This document shows, one piece after another, positions 56,810 to 64,000 of a stretch of 64,000 nucleotides of DNA. The notes beneath the pieces are model-generated. The model made no database searches and was not told the DNA's origin. It was given only the letters and a program-made list of their open reading frames with translations. Origin of the DNA: Eledone cirrhosa (taxonomy: Eukaryota); contig OZ024741.1 in NCBI GenBank assembly GCA_964016885.1, forward strand, positions 137,454,001 through 137,518,000, read 5' to 3'. The position numbers and the translations under genes are program-made. Each line of letters starts with the position of its first letter. The first letter of the stretch is position 1.

Positions 56810-59707
56810 TTAAGTAGCTGCAAACGAGCTTTTTCCTTTTCTTCTCTGTTAGATTTGCTGTTTAAACAACTTTGTATTTTATATCAAAATGAGTGCTATA
56901 TTAAATCAAAGAACAGCATGTTGGCAAATGGAAACGGTGGTGCTTTGTGTTTCGAATATCCTTGGAAATTAGCCAGCATTTTAAATCAAATATAATTTCT
57001 ACAATACCAGGAATTGAAATTCACTGTTCTGAGGGCGATCAATAGAATTTTCCGTTTCTTCAAAGTGAACTTAAAAGTATTGTTATGTCTAGTTCACTAA
57101 TAGAATATAGAACAGTAACACGATTCTCGGTTATGTTTCATTATGTCTAAAACGAATTACAATTGCAGATGTCCGTTGATGAAATCCTCATCATTTCCGG
57201 CGAAATTAAACAATTATATTTAGGTTTCGGTTTAAATGAGCTTCTTGATTGATACAAAGTGTAAGTATAACTACTGAGGAACAGTTCACGTGTTTGGATA
57301 AAGTAATGGCAAATTATTTTAAATGCTTGCAATTCGTTTCACTGATATCTCACTCTTGCCCATAATAACTTAGTTAGTCTAAGTACATATTTTATGATTT
57401 CATCTTGCGATATCAGCCAATGTATAAAGGGGCTTTACGCTGATGTCAATATAAAATACTTTTAGAAAATACATAATAAAATTCCATTTTGTTGTGAAGA
57501 CAATTTTAGACGGGGCATTTAACGCACATGTTGTATTAACTCAACAGACGGGAACTTATGGGTTTTGCTCTTATTGAAGTTGTTTTAGCCAGGGATCACT
57601 GAGATTACCAACTTCTGATAAGACTCGATCTTTGTATACATTCTCTTTCATATTAATGTCCCTGTGAAATTTGTCTCACTAACTTAACTGATACAGATGT
57701 GTAGCAATACTCCTTTCTCCTATTGTTTCGACAATGGATCAAGAAACAAAATGCTATTATATTCTCTGTTCATAGCCGCGATAACCACTTTTACACATGT
57801 TACCATAGTAATCAAATAGCACGCCCATTCACAAGTTAATTCATTGACACAGAAATTGTAGGCTAGCAAAGAGACACAGCTCTATAAACAACAAGGGATA
57901 CTCTACGTGAACCAAAAGAGTGCGTGTCTATGTGATTTGTTGACATGGTATAAACAGTAGTCAAATGTCCTTTAAATCGCGTCCTTCTGTCCTAAAAACG
58001 AAATAACACATAGCAGATAATGAAGTCTTGTATACCCCTAAATGCCAAGATGATCATAACTGGATAGATTTTTAACAGGTATCATGTGCGACCAAATAAC
58101 CAAAGTAAGAATGACAGTGATCAAATTATTCAAACGATAGTTTAAATATTGTGACAATATAATATCGTTACTTGTTATTTTATTATATTTCATAAAAATA
58201 TGGAATACTCATACTAATTCTATTTATGATTATATGTATGTATAACATAAAGGATAATCATTTTTATAATAAACAATACATGCATTCATATACACGATAT
58301 ATGACAGAAAATATACGACTAGAACCATATGTAAAGAATTTCCTGTGCGAATCTTTCTTATTTCTTCCCATAACTCTCAGACGAAGTATAAGGGCCTGAA
58401 AGGTTGCAGCAAACCCCTCTCACGGAAAGTATATATTTCTAACTGTTCTAGAAACTCTTCTATATAAAGTAGGTACCCCGAAAATATCTTTAATTTTATT
58501 TTGCAATGAAGATATAAACAATATATGAAGAATACAGATATTAAAAACCACAAGCGTTTTAATTACACATACTTAATTCAATCTTATTGGAATTTCTCAA
58601 TGAAATGAAAAATCTTTAGATTAATTTTTCTTAAGTAAATATAAAGCTTTATAGTTCAAAGAGAGGGTAAACTATTATTTTGAATGCTTCTATCAAATGT
58701 TTGACTGAGCAACATATTAATATACGTCTTATGTCTCCGATGTGTATTGTTATGTATACATGTGGAGACGATAAATCATGTTAATCAGTTAAATCTAACG
58801 GTATTATCAATTCAATTTCTACTCTGATCAGTTGATCATTTATATAACCTCTTAAGTAAAAAAAAATGAAAAATGAAAAGGAAGAGAAAAGAAAACAAAT
58901 AGACGCAAAAAGGGAAAGAAAGCCAAAATTCTCTAAAGAACAAACTTAAAGGAAAACTGACACTATGGTATCTGATAAAATTTAATGCTTGTTCACTGGA
59001 AGCAGAGCTTCAGAACAATAAAGTTATATTATAATCTTCTTTGAAAGCAGCTGTCAAAGGAAGCCATTATTTTTCTTCTTATGATGCGTTGTTTTCTAAA
59101 GTAAAAACATCAACATAAAAAATAACAAGACTAAAGAAACTGTATAATTCTGTCGACCACCATCAAATACTCTTTCAAAATAGAAAACTACCGGAATCAC
59201 TTAATCGCAGGCGTCATCTTTGCATTGAGCCACCATATCACATTTGTCAAGCAGGCTTCTTTAAAATGTTTGTATATAGGTATACAGAAGAATTTATGAC
59301 TGTATAAACTGTTTAGTTGTTTCATTATTGATGCGGCAGATAAGTTGTAAAGTTGTTTTTGAGAGTGAAACGAGAATATAAAGGTATAAAATATCTATTA
59401 TTTCGCCACAAAAACAAAACACTCGTATAAATATACTTGCTATGTGTGTACGATTTATCAAAGCCTGAGGAACCAAAGATAACATTGACGATATGGAAAA
59501 TTTGAATAAACATATATGAACACATATATGTAAATGTAAACACAATTTGTTTCTCTAGGCGGTACTCAAACGAAGCCAAACAAAATTTCAGTTAAACTAT
59601 TAATAAATTGGTTTTCAAAATTTCAGATTTTTGGTGGGAACTATTTGTAATCAAAGTTATAACTGTCTCGACTTCCGTTTGTTGTTAGGTAACGTTATTT
59701 CCTTTTA

Positions 59708-59897
59708 GGGCGGTGGATTGGCAGTATCGGTAGAGGGTCGGACGCCATGCTTTCCAACATAGTTACGTCCCTTTACGATCTGAGTTCAAATCCCGCCGAG
59801 GTTGACTTTGCCTTTCATCCTTACGGGGTTGATAAAATAAAGTACCAGTAATGCACTGGGTAATTGCTGGCCTTGTGCCTAAAGTAGAAACAGTTAT
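59708..59897 (+). mobile_element. tRNA-derived SINE (family A) with target-site duplication
   Basis: Full head-to-tail copy flanked by the direct repeat gttatttccttttaggg (59693 and 59893). Confidence 0.85.
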
Positions 59898-61447
59898 TTC
59901 CTTTTAGGGGCTGGACTTTGCTCATGATTGGCAATAGGTTATGAATCCACAACTATCTGATCATGGGTTTGACTCTCCAAGCTAAATGTCTTGGCAAGAT
60001 GTTTTCTGGAGGACGACACTCAGCCGAGCAGGCACATATCCCTTTCCATTCCACCAATATTGTCAAATGAAGAGGCAAAATTCGGTAAAGCTTGGCACAT
60101 TTCGTCGTAACTGATATATAATATGAATCATGTATACACTATGCATATTCTCTATATATTATATATTATGCCCAAGGAAAATACAAGCCGATACATCTAT
60201 GCAGCAATATCGTTGGGACCTATTTTGTCTCGCTGAATAGATTAGATTAATGTGAAATAAAGCGTCTTGCTCAATGATGCTACGTACCACATAATCAGGA
60301 AATCGACCTCATGACATTACAATCCAGTATCCAATATCCTAACCACTAAATCATGTGTTTATACCATGTCCTGAATAATTTTGTACATTGACATTAATGA
60401 CAAAAAATTTAGGAAAGGAATTGTTGAGAAGACTGCGAAGTATGAAAGCTTTCAACAAATTGTTAAAAGGCGGTAAATGAAATATTGAAAGGTTTTGATT
60501 CCGCCATATGAGAACGTGACATCTTACATCTATCGGATGTGGTCATGCATGAGACGACGCACAGTAAAAGAGGTATGTGTGTTTCAGTTGTTTGATCAAA
60601 TGATCTATCTGCTCATAATATTAACGCCCAACTGCCTGCACATCCCAAAACACAGGTACCTTTTATGTAGTTCTCAGCGAAAGTCAGCATGACACATTGT
60701 AGTATGAAAAGACTCATGTGATTTTGTATGTTTGTTTTTTTTTTCATCCGAGTGGACTAGATTATCAGGAAATAAATCAGGAAATAAAGTACCTTGCTCA
60801 AGAGCCCAATGCACAGACTCAGGACCATATGGCCTTGAGTCTATCACCCTAATCACTTCTTCTTATCGTGTCCAACCCTAATAACTAAAGCGCGCGCCTT
60901 CATAAAAAAGCCATAGAAAGACCACAAAGACTGTGCAATAACAGCAAAGAATAAAAAAAGGCAGAATACGTCTCGAAACAAATTCTGCCTGATGAACAGC
61001 TAGTATGGGTCATTTCTAGGCTATTGACTTTAATTGGTTGCTTATTGACATCAATGTCATAACATCGAATTTTCCTTCGTAATGAGTGTGTGCGAGGGGT
61101 ACTCCTTAACCCCACAGCATGCCTGTGCTGCTTATAATATACCCACTAACAAAAAAATAGGAGTATAGAACCTATTCCGTCGTTTGAAAATCATTTTTAT
61201 ATGAAACAAGGAACAATTATATATATCTATGTATACATATATACATACTTGTAAGTATATGTATGTATTTTTCTATACTTATGCTTTAAGATACCTCTCA
61301 GCCTACATAAACAATTTTTTCCCACTTCCTTAACCCCATCTCCCAACTTCCATTCCCTCTTCTAATCCACTACCCAGTACCTGCCCCTAAAAAAATGACA
61401 GCTGCTTTCAAACAGAATATAGAAGCCATTTCTATATTAAATGTTCG

Positions 61448-61897
<450 letters not shown>

Positions 61898-61978
61898 CGA
61901 ACATGAGAGAAAGAGAGAGAGAATATGGTATGTATGAAACACATCAGTTCATAGAGAATAATTATTATTGATACTTAC

Positions 61979-62037
61979 CCAACCAGGATAATAGATAGGA
62001 AGACGAGGGATGCGAGATTCCTTGTAGTTGCGGGCAT
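61979..62037 (-). CDS. GABRB: First coding exon (signal peptide) of a GABA-A receptor beta/LCCH3-like Cys-loop ligand-gated ion channel subunit
   Basis: Minus strand GCC-ATG CCC GCA ... CTG GTT GG|gtaagt encodes MPATTRNLASLVFLSIILV(G), a hydrophobic signal-peptide-like stretch. An in-frame TAA lies 7 codons upstream. The phase-2 donor matches the phase of the exon at 34027-34121. Confidence 0.85.
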
Positions 62038-62831
62038 GGCATAGTAAAAGAGTTGAGCTTATAATTAACCAATGAGAGATGGCACCCAAAAGACGTCAAA
62101 TAACATTAAATTATCTGATTGGCTGTCGATTATACTTCAGTCCTTTCATTTTTCCTTACGTTAAACATGTTTTAATGATTTCGTTTGTTTCCATTAGCTA
62201 GTATTCCTAATGACAGCAGTCAACTTTTATAGTTAAGTTGACGTATTCTATTCTATATATTTACGTGAATATATATATGTACATTAATGTATATTTTTTA
62301 TACATGGATTGATTTCAAGTATTTATGAAATTCCTATTTATATTTGCAACCAATTATCGTATGTCTGGTTTTTTTGAAGATATATTTTTTTGTTGTTAGA
62401 AAAGCCGTCCTTTTTCACGATGCTAATGCAAAGATGATAGTTATATATTCTTCATGTATGACACATTCATAGAAATCGTTTCGGTTTTATATATATTCTA
62501 CTTATTTCTTTCATTGGACAAAGTCTAAGTCGTTTCATAGGTATCTGCTTTTTATCTGTTTTAAGTCTTATTTATTCACTTTGTCCATTAGCTGCCAAAT
62601 CTCAGTAGTTTGGTGACGTTTCATATTTATTTCATTGGTATCTTTATAACGTATATTCTATCAGCTCAGTAGTTTTATCTTCTTTCCCCGTTTTTCTTCC
62701 AGGTGTCGCAATTTACTAAAGAAGGATTCAACATTCTTGTGTCATGCACATAGAATGTTTGGAAACTAAAAATCTCTGATTATTTTCTTGTATCTTGGTC
62801 GTGTAAATTCGTGAGTTGTGTTCAATTGCCT
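62038..62831 (-). other. Probable 5' UTR or proximal promoter of the GABA receptor gene
   Basis: Unique, repeat-poor sequence upstream of the ATG. A strong minus-strand acceptor (ctttttctgtttatcttttcag|, AG at 62832-62833, TATTAAC branch-like site upstream) suggests a long UTR-containing exon. Alternatively, CCAAT boxes (~62068, ~62117) and a TGACGTC-like site (~62091) suggest a promoter. Confidence 0.35.
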
Positions 62832-62984
62832 CTGAAAAGATAAACAGAAAAAGATGTTAATACTTCTATCAATAACGGAAGTATAAGAGACGACATGTAG
62901 GTGAGATTTGAACACATAACACAAATCAATGAGACGTAATTAATCGCCACAATAATTTTGTCTGAAACTCAGAAAAGTCTTTCT

Positions 62985-63170
62985 ATCATTGGTACAACGC
63001 CAATAACTTGAGGGAAGTAGACATTTGATTGTATCTTGTACTTCATTCTATCGACCCAAAACGTATGAAAGGCAACATCAACCTCGGTAGGAATTGAACT
63101 TAGGACGTAGAAAAATCATACCTAAATGCCACAAAGGAGTTTGTCCGACTCTCTACCGATACTGCCACCC
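62985..63170 (-). mobile_element. tRNA-derived SINE (family A)
   Basis: atgaaaggcaacatcaacctcgg...ccgactctctaccgatactgcca. Confidence 0.7.
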
Positions 63171-64000
63171 CCACATTTACTCAGTTATTAAATATTAAGT
63201 TCTCAAATTAGTACATACCTAAATGTATTCGGTTCATCCTTCTTATTTATAAGTTAGAATCTCACTCTCCCCCCCTTCCCTCCCTTTATCTCGACAGTAA
63301 ATAACCAAATATTAGTAATATTCTTGTTATAATCAACCGAATATATTTATCTCATTTTCTTCTTCAGTGAAAAATGTCTTATTTGAAGTTAGACAGATGC
63401 ACCCATCACAATGTTTGCTGGTGATGAGGCTCGATCAATCAACTATTATTTGACATGCCTCAATACGTTCATACGAGAACAACAGTTGCGATTTTATACA
63501 GAAAACTGAATGGAAATATGTAAATGACAGGTTAATGTCAATATTCAGCTCTCGTACTACCAAATAGTTTTATTTTAGTTACTTCTCGTGAAAAGCAGAC
63601 CAGCAGGCCCAATCATTCTCGATGCTATTGAAGAGTGCCTAAAGTTAGGAGTATGAAGTATTAATGAAGTTAACTGGACTAAAGGAAAGTGAAGGGGCTG
63701 ATTGACAGATTGGACCAAGGAAATTGTTTCCGTTGGTCTTTTATTTGTTGATACGAACTATCAAGCAATGTAATCAGTGCTCTTCTGAAACGTGGCACCG
63801 TCGTATCTATCTATCTATCTATCTATCTCCAGATGGTATAGATGTTCTTCACATCGGCTCCTCGAGTATTGGAGATATTACGTGTTAACAGTAAGTGTTT
63901 ATCTGTATTCTTGCGTTATTGTGCTAATTAACCCCCTTGCCTGGATCTTCGGACATTAGGGTTAATTTATTTCACCCCTTTTGGGGTGAAATTTTTCATC

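Noticed and set aside
59708-59800. tRNA genes at SINE heads
   Set aside because: A/B-box-like motifs run into SINE bodies and no complete cloverleaf forms.
62703-62810. Plus-strand exon-like segment (ttttcttccag...gtgagt)
   Set aside because: No recognisable product or partner exons; may be chance or a non-coding antisense exon.

Overview
AT-rich, microsatellite-laden animal genomic DNA; the SINE families and repeat landscape suggest an octopus/coleoid cephalopod (inference). Most of the window is intronic. On the minus strand, two small exons missed by the ORF track (61979-62037 and 34027-34121) splice in frame to give MPATTRNLASLVFLSIILVGSYGIPSRFGNATSTLQTLLKGYDIRLRPQFG. This is the signal peptide and N-terminus of a Cys-loop GABA-A receptor beta/LCCH3-like subunit. 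Intron 1 is about 27.9 kb and no exon 3 was found in the window. The introns hold two tandem Tx1/L1-clade LINEs, three Naiad-type Penelope-like elements (PLEs), a Neptune-like PLE end, RTE fragments, a non-autonomous Helitron, MITEs and many SINEs. The window also holds about a dozen intact or degenerate type I minimal hammerhead ribozyme motifs. The best case is a non-coding, highly structured 466-bp unit present as about 1.8 tandem copies with two perfect hammerheads (28904-29737), a retrozyme-like/circular-RNA-derived element. An unrelated ~460-bp hammerhead unit lies on the opposite strand next to it. Exon 2 sits in the loop of a ~2-kb inverted PLE pair. Coordinates were read by eye and repeat boundaries are approximate.
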